This document shows positions 13,629 to 25,745 of a stretch of 64,000 nt of DNA, in pieces (the first letter of the stretch is position 1; the number at the start of each line of letters is the position of its first letter). This stretch comes from Syncephalis fuscata S228. Its lineage: Eukaryota; Fungi; Zoopagomycota. The DNA lies in NCBI GenBank assembly GCA_025786725.1, contig JAHLTZ010000004.1, positions 744,001 through 808,000 on the forward strand. Reading direction: 5' to 3'. The notes under the pieces were generated by a model. It searched no databases, had not been told where the DNA came from, and saw nothing but the letters and a program-made list of their open reading frames with translations. The position numbers and the translations under genes are program-made.

Positions 13629-15883
13629 ATGTGTCGTATTTCAACGCAAGATCCCAATTCATTTGCTAATGTCGAGCAAATTCAAACACGACATATCCAT
13701 CTAGAGCTTGAGGTTGATTTTAAGCGCCACACACTGATCGGGCAAGCCCGTCTTCAGTTAGAAGCCATTACTGATGACGTCACTAAAGTCGTCTTGGATA
13801 CTCGTGCTTTAAAAATTAGTGGCGTTCAGCTTGCTAATCACACGGGACCGATAGAGTACTCTTTGGCGTCAGCTCATCCAATTTACGGCTCGGCTCTTCA
13901 GGCAACTTTACCTAAAGCTTATACAGCCGGAGAAAAGCTTGAATTGATTGTTGCTTATGAAACTACAAAAGAAAGCGGTGCTTTACAATGGCTAGAACCA
14001 AGGTAAATCGCCCAAATTAACCATACATCTTATTTACTAAATATATGGATAGCCAAACAGTTGGAAAGCAACATCCTTATCTTTTTACTCAGTGTCAAGC
14101 GGTAAGTAAAGAATATAGGTATATAATAATTTGCCAATATTTAATAAACTACCAACACTAGATCCATGCTCGTAGTTTAGTACCAATCCAAGATTCGCCT
14201 TCTATTAAGCTTACCTACTCGGCAAGCATCCGTGTACCTAAACCACTCCGTGCCCTTATGAGTGCATTGTCGATTAGTCACTCACCCAGTGACGATGGCC
14301 ATTTAATTACATATCAATTTGAACAGCACACTAAGATGCCATCCTATTTAATTGCACTGGTTGTTGGAAATTTAGAAGGGCGAGAAGTAGGACCGCGCTC
14401 TACCGTCTGGACCGAGCCTGAAGTAATTGAGAAGGCAGCTTGGGAGTTTGCAGAGACGGAAAGCTTTATTGCCACTGGTGAGAAGTTACTTACGCCATAC
14501 GAATGGGCGCTACGACTTGCTTGTCTTGCCGGGCTCTTTCCCTTATGGTGGCATGGAAAATCCATGCCTTACATTTGTAACACCCACCTTGTTGGCAGGT
14601 GATCGATCTCTGGTAGATGTTGTAGCGCATGAAATTGCACATAGCTGGATGGGCAATTTGGTAACTACCAAGAATTGGGAACATTTCTGGCTGAACGAAG
14701 GCTGGACTGTATTTATTGAACGAAAGATTATTGGGCGTCTACGTGGCGAGCCTTCGCGCCAATTTTCAGCCATGCTTGGCTTTTCTTCACTACGTAAAGA
14801 TATTGAGCTTTTTGGCGTTACAAGTCCGCTTACAGCATTGACACCGAATCTTACCGGTATAGACCCGGATGATGCTTTTTCACGTGTGCCTTACGAAAAA
14901 GGATTTAATCTGCTGTATTACCTGGAACAGCTGTTGGGCGGCCCAGAGGTTTTTGAGCCATACATGAAGGCCCATGTACAGCAATTTGCTGGTAAATCCA
15001 TCACGACCGAGGAATGGAAGACATTTTTGTATACATTTATGGAACAACGTCACGGTGCAGAGAAAATTAAGACATTGGAAACTGTCAATTGGCATGCATG
15101 GCTTAAAGAGCCAGGAATGGTAAGTATTTAGTTATTTGGTTATTTTAAATTGTAATTAAAACTAACGATTCATCTTTACTGATATAACCATTATTAGCCA
15201 CCAGTGACAAATCAATTTGATCCTACATTGGCAAATGCATGCATCCGTCTTTGCGCAAGGTATATTGAAAGGGACAAATATATACCATTTCTAACATTGT
15301 CCACAGGTGGGAAGCAGCACGCAATTCAGATAAAACAGATTTCTCTGCCGATGATATAAAGACTTTAATCCTTATCAAAAAGGTAGATGATTTATTTGAT
15401 AACAGCAGCATCATCACCATCAGCTAATTGTTATACTATAATAGTCTTGTTCCTCCATGACTTTCGGAAAAGGAACCGCTATCCAAGGATAAACTTGATC
15501 TTATGGAATTTGTTTATAAATTTAATCAAGTTCAAAATTGTGAAATTCGCTTTTCTTGGCAAATGCTTTGTTTAAAGGCTGCATACCAGCCAATTTATTC
15601 GTTTGTAGTTGCATTTGTCAAGGAACAAGGACGGATGAAATACGTTCGTCCGCTATATCGGTAAATTCGAAAAGAGTGACATAGTTATTACAACTATAAC
15701 TGTTTTTTTTGTTTATTTAGTGCTCTCTACAAAGTAAATCCAACGTTGGCGCGTGATACGTTCACTTCTTTCCGTGATACCTATCATCCTATTGCAGCTC
15801 GTATGATTGCAAGTATTGATACATGCATAATTATTTAAAGCTAATTAGTTGTTTTTATTTAGGAAAAGGATATTATGGGCTAA
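13629..15883 (+). CDS. LAP2: Leukotriene A4 hydrolase / M1 leucyl aminopeptidase, multi-exon; apparent 1-bp indels near 14505 and 15360
   Basis: [37 protein letters not shown]...[28 protein letters not shown]-terminal [11 protein letters not shown]; an alternative in-frame ATG exists at 13458. Confidence 0.93.
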
Positions 15884-16189
15884 TATATTATAGTGGAGTA
15901 TCTACTAATAACAGCAATTAGCTCATTCAACTGTCACCCAATGAATAAAAGTTAACATTTTGCTGATATAATAATAATAATAATTTTAAGAGATTAATGC
16001 ACATTAAAACTCTAATGTATAATATTACATCCAACATTAATTGATTTATGTGTAATTATCAATACAATAATGTAATTAATTAGTTATCTTTATTATTGTT
16101 TTAATATATACATTGTATTATGATAATAATTGTTCAAAATGTCATTTATTTAGTCAGATTAACTATAGGAAAAGTGGTTGTTTAATAAA

Positions 16190-16510
16190 CAACTTTATAA
16201 TAATTATATTAATCTTGATCTTACATCACAAATATGCCCAACATGCAATAGTAGAATATTAGAAAATAGAAAAGATCATTTAGATGCAATAATCCATGCT
16301 GTACATAGATGTAACAACAACAAATGCGGAATAATATGGAATCGCAATCATATGGCTTATATTAATATTCAATCAATCTTTCTATGCATGGCCAACAACA
16401 ATAATAATTGGCCTTAAATGTTTTAATGAAATCAAATAGTATGTTACGTTATTTATTTAAATCAATTTATTAACAGTATTTTAATAAAAAAATAATATAA
16501 TTTATGATGC
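16190..16510 (+). mobile_element. Fanzor1/TnpB 3'-end remnant, subtype A
   Basis: TSQICPTC...HAVHRCNNNKCGIIWNRNHMAYINI is a CxxC...CxxxxC zinc finger plus a RuvC-III-like WNRDxxAxxNI motif (D changed to N); homologous to 45005-45316. Confidence 0.75.
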
Positions 16511-16890
16511 TTGTTAACATTTATCTTAATGCCCAAAATACAATGTGTTGCTTAGTTGTATTAATTTCATAATAAACTTATTCTTTATTGGTTATTAATT
16601 ATCACAGTTTAACTATAGTAAACTGAATAACTTGCATAACATTAAGTAAAAATAAGATAGAATTAGAAACTAGTATACTTTATTGATATGAATAGAGATA
16701 GCATTAAACAGTAAATATGGCTAGTAATAGAACCTGAATGCTTTGTAGTGTTTCATAATTAAAGCAGCGTATTAGTTTATACAATTACCCATACTTCACA
16801 ACTAACAAATGTTTGCTCGTCATATCTTCTTAATAGCTGTTTATTGCTGGTAGTTATTGCTAATACTTTATATATGTGCTATTATTGTAC
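16510..16890 (+). repeat. Diverged direct repeat, copy 1 (copy 2 at ~18795-19175)
   Basis: Shared blocks such as taacat.tatcttaatg..caaaatacaatgtg and tgaataacttgcat...agtaaaaataagata.a.tagaaac. Confidence 0.75.
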
Positions 16891-17190
16891 CCGTTCTACC
16901 ATATAATGTATTTATTTAACATGCTATTATAGCAATATAATCATAATATTGAAATGGTAACAGTAATGCTATTTTGAAAAGTAATATTTTTATTTTGAAT
17001 AGCTACGATTGTAGCAAAGATATTCTGCTATTGTTTATAATAGCTTGAAAATGCCGATAATGCGCTAATTTACAAATTTAAACGTGCAGCTATTATATCA
17101 ATGCTACAGCAGAATAAAACATATTAAAGCAGTTATTTAAGTATAGCTAGGTGGTCAAACACGATGGAGTGGGAATTAAAAAGTAACAGT

Positions 17191-18700
17191 AATATTATTT
17201 AGTAACAAAAAGATGACAATACTATGTATAACTCTGCATAGAATTGATTAAATTACATGATATTTTGCACAAATGTGTGTATAGAATATAGATAGCTATT
17301 GGTAAAGCATACCGTTATTATATTGTGTAATGGTATAATAGTAGTGATAATATGTTAATAAATATGCAAAGATAGCTGTTTTTTACAGATTATGACTTAT
17401 ATAAGTAAAATACAGCAAAATGATTGCTGGATTCGAGTTCTCCGTGCTTAGTTATCCAGATTGGTATGATTTATAGGGCAACGATTTTGCAAAAAATGTT
17501 AGTTAAAAAATGCAATTTACGTATTTTTAATTTACTTAGTAAACGTTGATAAAATCACGTATAACTTTACGTATAGTCAAGCAAATTGTATGATATTTTG
17601 CACAAGTGTGCACATAGCGTATAGGTAGCCATTGGTACAGTATACCGTTATTGCATTGTTTGATGATGCAGTAATTGTAATAGTACATTAATAAATGTAC
17701 AAAAATAACAGTTTTTTACAGATTATAACATATATAAGTAAAATACAGCAAAATGATTGCTGGATTCGAGTTCTCCGTGCTTAGTTATACAGATTGGTAT
17801 GATTTATAGGGCAATGATTTTTGCAACAAAAATAGGCCAAAAATGCCATTTATGTGTAAATCAGTTAACAAAAAATTAATATTATGTATATCTATGAATA
17901 AAATGCACAGTACATTGTATGTCTAATATTGACTTGCTATGTGCTATTTTGCACATAGAGTGGTTTGGACATTTGTTATGTCAAATTTTATTTAATATTA
18001 AATTTAAGCGTAAATTTAATTGTTTTGTTAACCGATTTACACATAAATTGCATTTTTACTAACATTTTTTGTAAAAATCATTGCCCCATAAATCATACCA
18101 ATCTGTATAACTAAGCACGGAGAACTCGAATCCAGCAATCATTTTGCTGTATTTTACTTATATATGTTATAATCTGTAAAAAACTGTTATTTTTGTACAT
18201 TTATTAATGTACTATTACAATTACTGCATCATCAAACAATGCAATAACGGTATACTGTACCAATGGCTACCTATACGCTATGTGCACACTTGTGCAAAAT
18301 ATCATACAATTTGCTTGACTATACGTAAAGTTATACGTGATTTTATCAACGTTTACTAAGTAATTAAAAATACGTAAATTGCATTTTTTAACTAACATTT
18401 TTTGCAAAATCGTTGCCCTATAAATCATACCAATCTGTATAACTAAGCACGGAGAACTCGAATCCAGCAATCATTTTGCTGTATTTTACTTATATAAGTC
18501 ATAATCTGTAAAAAACAGCTATCTTTGCATATTTATTAACATATTATCACTACATTATCCATTACACAATATAATAACGGTATGCTTTACCAATAGCTAT
18601 CTATATTCTATACACATTTGTGCAAAATATCATGTAATTTAATCAATTCTATGCAGAGTTATACATAGTATTGTCATCTTTTTGTTACTAAATAAATATT
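17191..18700. repeat. Large inverted repeat (arms ~17191-17823 and ~18071-18700), each arm made of about two copies of a 333-bp unit; foldback-like
   Basis: Arms are reverse complements with few differences; the core agtaaaatacagcaaaatgattgctggattcgagttctccgtgcttagttat occurs twice on each strand. Confidence 0.93.
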
Positions 18701-18794
18701 TGCTATATTTTTACAATTATGATTAAAAAATCTACAACTTAGATGGCCAAGCAACACTTTATTTTGGCGCTACCTTATAATGCTAGCCTTTGAT

Positions 18795-19175
18795 GTGTGC
18801 TAACATCTATCTTAATGTTCAAAATACAATGTGCTGATTGATTAGTATTACTTTGTGAATAAACTTAGTTTTATTGATCATTAGCCAGCACAGTTTGACT
18901 ATATAAAATGAATAACTTGCATTACAAGAAGTAAAAATAAGATAAACTAGAAACGACTATTCTCATTATTGATATTGAATAAAACCATCATTATAATAAA
19001 TATATTTAATAATAGAATTTAAATGCTTGTACTATATATCATTAATGCAGCACATCAGCTTATATAGCCGCTTATATGTTTACAAGCAACAAGTAGCCAC
19101 TCATTGTATCTTTTTAATAGATATTTGCTACTAGTACTCAGTGCTAATATCCGATATGTATATTACTACTGTAAC
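18795..19175 (+). repeat. Diverged direct repeat, copy 2 (of 16510-16890)
   Basis: Visual alignment with copy 1. Confidence 0.75.
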
Positions 19176-19502
19176 CAATCACATGCAACCTTAACTGGTT
19201 ATCCAATCATACAGTATATTTCATAGCCACATTTTCATAAAATCCCGTTCATAATATCAAATAGTAAAGATACGTTATTTTATAACATTTCAGTTTATGA
19301 ATGAAAGAGTAATAAACGATTTTTAAAATAGTATTTTGATACTATATATTTGAAACAAATAACTGAAATATAGTTTAATATCTAACTGAATATTCAATGC
19401 ATAGTAACTGTGCGTTTAAAAATATGTCTTTTAATTCAGCCGTCATATTTAATAAAATATCAACAATTTAGGCACAAATAATATATTTAAATGCATTCTA
19501 GT

Positions 19503-20780
19503 TTATTGCATATGAGCGGATTTCAATAAATTTATGATAGATTCTGCAATTCCACAGTCAGATTGATTGGTATCATATAATTCCGTCATGAAATTTACAA
19601 GCATTTTCAATGCTTGTGTATGCTTTACATCCAGTTTGGTAGGATACTGCGGAACTCTGTTGTTTTCGTCGGCACATTGGTCGCCAGATTTAATTTGCTG
19701 ATTGTTTAATAGGGCAGACAGGTTGCTTTTTAACAGCTCAAAGGGATCTTGCTCTGAGCTCTTAGCTTCGTCATCATATAAAGCACCGGTGATGGCATGA
19801 TAAATTGTTTCGCTAAACAGTTCATTATTGGAGTCACAAGAATTCAGTAGAATATTTGAATTCATTTTAGCAAGTGATGTAGATGGCGCTAATTTCACAG
19901 TTTCTTCGACACTAGGATACATAAACTGAACAACATCGTAATCAACAACGGTTGCCACGATTTGGTTGGTCACAGGATGAACGCCAGCAACAATATCTAA
20001 ACCAGATAATTAGTTTATTATTTCTAGGCGCCATAAAACTTACTTTTAAGAGCTATATCCTTGTGTATAATGCCGGCGCGACGTAAGTATAATACACCTA
20101 TGTTTGGTATAACATTAGCATTTTGTTGTTTAAATACAAAAAGTACTTACCTTGCAGCGTTTGGTAGAATATTTGAGGCAAGTTTTTAGCTTTATATTCC
20201 CAGCTTTTATCAAAAATAAATTTGTCTAATGCTTTGCCGTATGCAAACGAGTAAATAAAGCATTTTCCGTGTATTTTTTTAGGATCGTTGGGATCTGGAA
20301 TATCAAATGTTTCTAATGGCTGTTGGATATTGTTTTTTCCTGGCGCATTATTCAATTGATTTTTGAGTCCATTTAGTATCTAATAGTATTATATAAGCAG
20401 TTGATTGTTATATAATTATCAAGTCTTACAGCAAAAACTTTAATTTCGTTGCTGATCCATCTGTCCATAAGCATGCATTTAATAAATGCATCATCTTTTC
20501 CCCATTTTGTATAGCCGAAACTTATTTTTTCGTTTGAGGCCTTCCAATCGACCGACTCCAGTTTGGGCTTATTTTGTTTTTTTAAATCATCTAAATATTT
20601 TTTACCAATTCCATCAAGAGCGACCTTGCCTATCAAATATTTACTTATGTTAACACTAATAATCAATATAATGTATAGCTTACCATTGAGATTGCCATTT
20701 ACAGCGGTGCTTGTTGGTGTGCTAGATAGTAGCACAGCAATGCACGCTGCGGCAATAGTAAAAATACTGATCTTGATCAT
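19503..20780 (-). CDS. Secreted atypical protein kinase-like protein (5 exons)
   Basis: Signal peptide; after splicing GT-AG introns the product shows AFIKC (beta3 Lys), NEIKVF (alphaC Glu), QIFYQTLQGVLYLRRAGIIHKDIALKNIV (catalytic loop), VVDYD (DFG position) and IYHAITG (alphaF-like). Confidence 0.8.
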
Positions 20781-22734
20781 ATTGGTAGTAGAGTCTGTTT
20801 TCTATGCGTGTAATTCAAAGCAGGAAATCAATGCGTGTAATCTATTGATATCGCATAAAAAAATTGAGCCACTGAGCTATATAAAATTTTAAAGATAATA
20901 ATTTATTTGTCGTAGAATTTATAACCAATTAAGCACAAATTGATTGAAACTCAGTCGATATTTATCCGATTTAATTGCTTGATTTGTTAATGTAAAAAAA
21001 TATTACATCCAAAACGAACATTGCTTGTTTTAGACTACGAATGGCTACTAAATACAACGCAGACATGAGGTTCAACCAAAAACAGCATGATAGCGCATGC
21101 TTATCGCTTATTCTAATTTTCAAGTGGTGGCTAAATACAGACTTTCATGGTAACTCAATCGAAATAGCGCGATAAAATATTAATAGAATATTCTATCTGT
21201 ATGTGAATTCGCCACTAATTCCACGTGTACAGCTTGAATAGTTTGCAAACTGGAACGTAGAATATGAAATTTTATGCTTTAAATATTTATTAGCTTGCAA
21301 AAAGGTAGTTGTATATAGGATAATCCGCGTAATCTTCTGTATCACGTGTATCAAGCGTGACATAGTTGTATTTGTTGTATGGCCAGTTGTGCTTGATGCG
21401 GGTCGGAAATCGCAGTTTAAAATCGATTATTTGCTAAATTTGATTAAATTGTTAAAATTGGCTGGCAATGTGATAAGGATTGTATATGCACAATATTACA
21501 TATTACTTCAGTATATAGCGACACAAGATCGGTGCTGGTAATATTGCTAAAATGGTAGTACAATAAAAATTTTGCTTCAAAATAACCGCCACTAAACACA
21601 TCGATGATCATTGTAGCTGTTTTTGCAGAATCGTAGGCAATTTGCTAATAATTTGTCATAGTTAGCGGTTCAACGCTTTAAATTGTTTTAAAGAAATGAC
21701 TATTTAAATAGTCATCAACTGCATTGATTTAACATCATCGAAATCTGTATTTTTGGTATTGACACAAGCTTAATAAAATTCGTTGCTAATTATGGCAATT
21801 TAAGCTATACTAAGCTTTGTGTTGTTTTATAAAGTGCCATATCATGATTATTTACAACTTGTGACAATACTATAAGTAAATAATAATTTGCCAGATTATT
21901 TAATTTTTTGTATTAGCTTGTTTATGTTCAATAAAATAAGCAATCAAAAGTCTAACATTGTGACAAGTGGAAACACAATGCTTTTTATAGTTCAATTGAT
22001 TTGTCAAGCTCAAAGCAGAGAACATAAGGGTATATCGATTTATTGTAGTTGAATTCATTTATTTTTATTATACAAAATGGTAAATAAAGCGTAATAATAA
22101 ATACACTATACAACGGCTTATAAATATTAAAGAGTATTATATTGACAACACTAACAAACATAATACGAATTAAACAATGCTTAAGCTAGCGAGCTGTTAG
22201 CGTGAATTCAAAAAATACAACATAGTTCTTGTTGATCACCTTACTATTGTAAAAAAAATTATTGAAATGCGTTTAACAGTGGTGTAATATTCGTAAATAC
22301 AAATTTATGTATTATTTGCTACTAGGTATTTATAATGGCTATCGCTATGTAAACTGTTCATTGTTGTACTATATTTGTACCATTGCAATTTATTACTTAA
22401 AGCTAAAAAGATCAATATAAATCAAGATGTATTTTTGCTAGTATCACTAAAGTTTATGCAAAGGCTACTAAAGAAGACAAGTCCATAAATGGCGCCATTT
22501 TTCGTTGCAAGTTGTTTTTTTCAAATAAATTGAAAACCAGATTCACTGGATCAGAAAGCTGACTGACGACAAACACGTATACAAATTCGTCCAATCCCTT
22601 TACGCCAACTCATACGCACGTCTTCCGCTGTTACTCTTTTAGTTACCTCACCAACTGGCGCGATCGATCGTGTCAACTCTCCAAAGTGTAAAACCGATCA
22701 CTGCTTTGCTATTGTTATTATTAGTATACTCATC

Positions 22735-23669
22735 ATGCTGAGTAGTATTGCGGCGCGTGTGTTCATCACGCTAACTTGTTTGGCAGTATTTGCCAATGCT
22801 TTGAAATTTAACATGGCCGCAGTGCCTTACTCGTCAGGCAAAAAGAAATGCTTCACACAATGGGTTCCTGCAAATACTTTGGTCATGCTTAATTTGAACG
22901 CTTCTCCCGGAGCACATATGCGCGTTGATGTTGAGGTAAGAACGTTACTATGTGTAGATCCAACGAGCTTGTCAGAGTGCGGTCCGTAATATGAATCTAT
23001 ATCTCATGCCGTTAGTTGGTGATTTCTTAACTTTGTCTTGCTATATCTACCCGTAGAAAATAGTCTATACTTATCTAATATTACTATGGTATTTAGGTTT
23101 TTGATATTACGCAGAGCCGTAATGAATACGCTCGTAAGAAGGATATTTTGGACACGAAAATCGCGTTTACTACACACGAGTTTGCCGACATATCTATCTG
23201 CATTATGAACCATCTTGCACAAGGTAGCTATGGGCTTGATTCATATTACATTTCAGTAGCTAATCCAGATATAATAGGCTACACGCCAGGAACCGAGTTT
23301 TATCGCCGTGTTGAGATGCACCTAGATGTTGGTGCCGACACAATCGATTATGAGATGATGGCCAAGCGCGAGAAATTGAAGCCTATGGAAGTTGAGCTGC
23401 GACGACTAGAGAAGATGATTGACGAGGTCGTTAACGAGATAGACTACTTAAAACAACGTGAAGCCAAAATGCGCAACACGAACGGTAAGTTGATGATCGA
23501 CTACTATTCCTCTGTCCTCTAATTGTATTTATGCTCATTTGTTTACATAGAGTCCACCAACGAACGTGTTCAATGGTTTAATATTGCATCTATTCTTGCT
23601 CTTATCGGTCTCGGTCTATGGCAACTTGTGTACTTGCGCCAGTTCTTCCATTCCAAGAAATTGATTTAA
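22735..23669 (+). CDS. ERV25: p24/emp24 delta family GOLD-domain cargo receptor (TMED10/Erv25)
   Basis: Signal peptide, [33 protein letters not shown]-terminal [12 protein letters not shown]. Confidence 0.92.
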
Positions 23670-23849
23670 ATAAGCATGGTTTACTGCTGATTGTTAAACG
23701 AGATTTGGATCAAGTGAATAAATATCGCTATTTTACTTATTATGTGCTATGATCTGATGTGGGCAAGTAGAACCAAATAACCAAATAAATGGTTCATTTA
23801 GTTAATTGAGTTATATGTCTCCATTATTATTAAAGCTAGTATTAAATAA

Positions 23850-25240
23850 TTTATTAACAATTATATTGTGATTTATGCGTTAAATGACTAATATTTAATA
23901 ACGCCCAATCTATTGAACATGATGATGGGTGGTGAGTGACATCAATCATCAAATACTCATCATTGTAGATTCATTATCTAGTATGCATATATCATCACAG
24001 TATGTGTTATTACCATCTATACCCGTCACTTTACTTGATTAACATTAAAATCATATCTAACTGACATGATCTAGTTTATTTATAAATATTCTTAATAAAA
24101 CATAACTCCGTTCCTATTCATATCATTTGTTATATCAATATAATCAGTGAACAGACTAAATACGATATATCAATTTTATTAATAAAAAAGTTGGAATCAT
24201 ACGACAACGGCTATAAACAGCGTATAGTCAATATATAACAGAATGATAAACATTATACTAAATATACAGCATTGAACAAGATTAGCAATCTTAAAGTTAT
24301 TAAGCAGATGACTAATATTAGTTGAATTCTTAATAATAGTGCTATAACAAAATAAAAATAGAATTGGATGAGTAAGACTAGGCGAGTATAGAATGATATG
24401 GAATAAAATGAATATACGATGAAAATAATACAATAAGTAGTATTAAAACTATGGTGTATATAATGTAATGGGGGGAATGAGCATTTGTGCTAAGCATTTG
24501 CATTTTTAACAGCATTCGCGTAACTAACTACATATTCGTTTTATTGAACATGAAACTGAATGCTGAATAGTATCAATCATTAAAATATTTATTATTGTAT
24601 ATTTATTATTTAGTACACATATATCATCATTACAATACTATATTATTGCTGTTTACGCTGTTTTATTTCTAACCTTCTTTATTTGCATACTCATTAATAT
24701 ATCATGTTCCTATTTTGCTTAAACTTGTTATTAGCATGTATACTCATCATTCTGCCCGACTAGCATCAAAGCCATAGTCGACTCGCATTAACTGATTTGT
24801 CTACCAGACAGTTACACGATACATATATGCATGAGTAAGTAAACAAAATAATTTAAATTTATTAGTAATTAAACTAGCATTAAACAAATAACAGTTTCAA
24901 ATAACGTGTTGATATTATATAATAGTAATATATAAAATTATAAATATATGGTAAGAAATTATATAAAACAATGTCAAAGTTATAGTGCATATAACGTAAT
25001 GAACAGAATGAGTGGAGTATATAGGATTATATAAACAATAGAATGTGCCTAGTATATCATAGAATGATATAGATGAATAGAGGATATATGCATACTGGAT
25101 AATGAATTTATGATGATGAGTATTTGATGATTGATGTCGCTCACTATCCATTATCATGTTCAATAGATTGGGTGTTATTAATTGTAGTCATTGACCACCA
25201 AACAAACAGTAAATGTAATGATGTGCTGATTAAATAAAAC
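23850..25240. mobile_element. MITE-like non-coding element with inverted terminal copies of a dispersed repeat (23850-24000 on +, 24960-25240 on -)
   Basis: caatctattgaacatgat.atgg...gtgag.gacatcaatcatcaaatactcatcat occurs on opposite strands at the two ends; a degenerate internal copy lies at ~24535-24635. Confidence 0.6.
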
Positions 25241-25745
25241 TCACCACTTGTCCGCATGTTCAATAGAACAAATTTCTAATTTAGTTTTGTAAATACTATT
25301 GATTGTATTTAGTAATATTAATTATAGTAACAATTGTTAAACTAGTTGCTAATAAATAATGACATATACCTGACTTGTCAAAAAGTCAATACATTATGCA
25401 GTGCAATTCTTTAGTCAATGTTTGCTTCATTAGCTGTGCTGCTTACTTGTAGAGTTTTTGTAACAGTTTTGTAGTCTTAGCAGTAGCAGGTCATATTGTT
25501 GTACCAACATTGTAAACTTGCTTAGCAAACATAGTGACCATATGATCTACATCACTACTATTGTATGTATACGGTTGTCAGTACAATGACTTTAGCAACC
25601 ATTTACATTACTCTAATAGTTGCATATTTATCTACTTGGCGATCGTTCATTCATTTACATTTAAATAATTAATGAAATAGCTATATATATATATGTGCAA
25701 TATTAATAATAATATATCGTAAAAACATCAATATTTAATAATAAA

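Noticed and set aside
14490-15480. LTA4H as a pseudogene or programmed frameshift; similar breaks in MOT1 (~28790) and the repeat genes (~34680, ~36770, ~39100)
   Set aside because: Breaks are single-base losses, mostly in homopolymers or tandem repeats, within otherwise intact genes including the normally essential MOT1. Consensus errors are the simplest explanation; read-level checking is needed.
17400-18495. Four-copy conserved core as a CRISPR-like array or tRNA
   Set aside because: The intervening sequences are homologous to one another rather than unique spacers, no cas genes are present, and ACTCGAATCC only loosely resembles a T-arm with no cloverleaf.
20900-22500. AT-rich gap searched for RNA genes or transposon ORFs (also 32800-33900 and 63200-64000)
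   Set aside because: No tRNA, rRNA, repeat or coding signal could be supported by eye.
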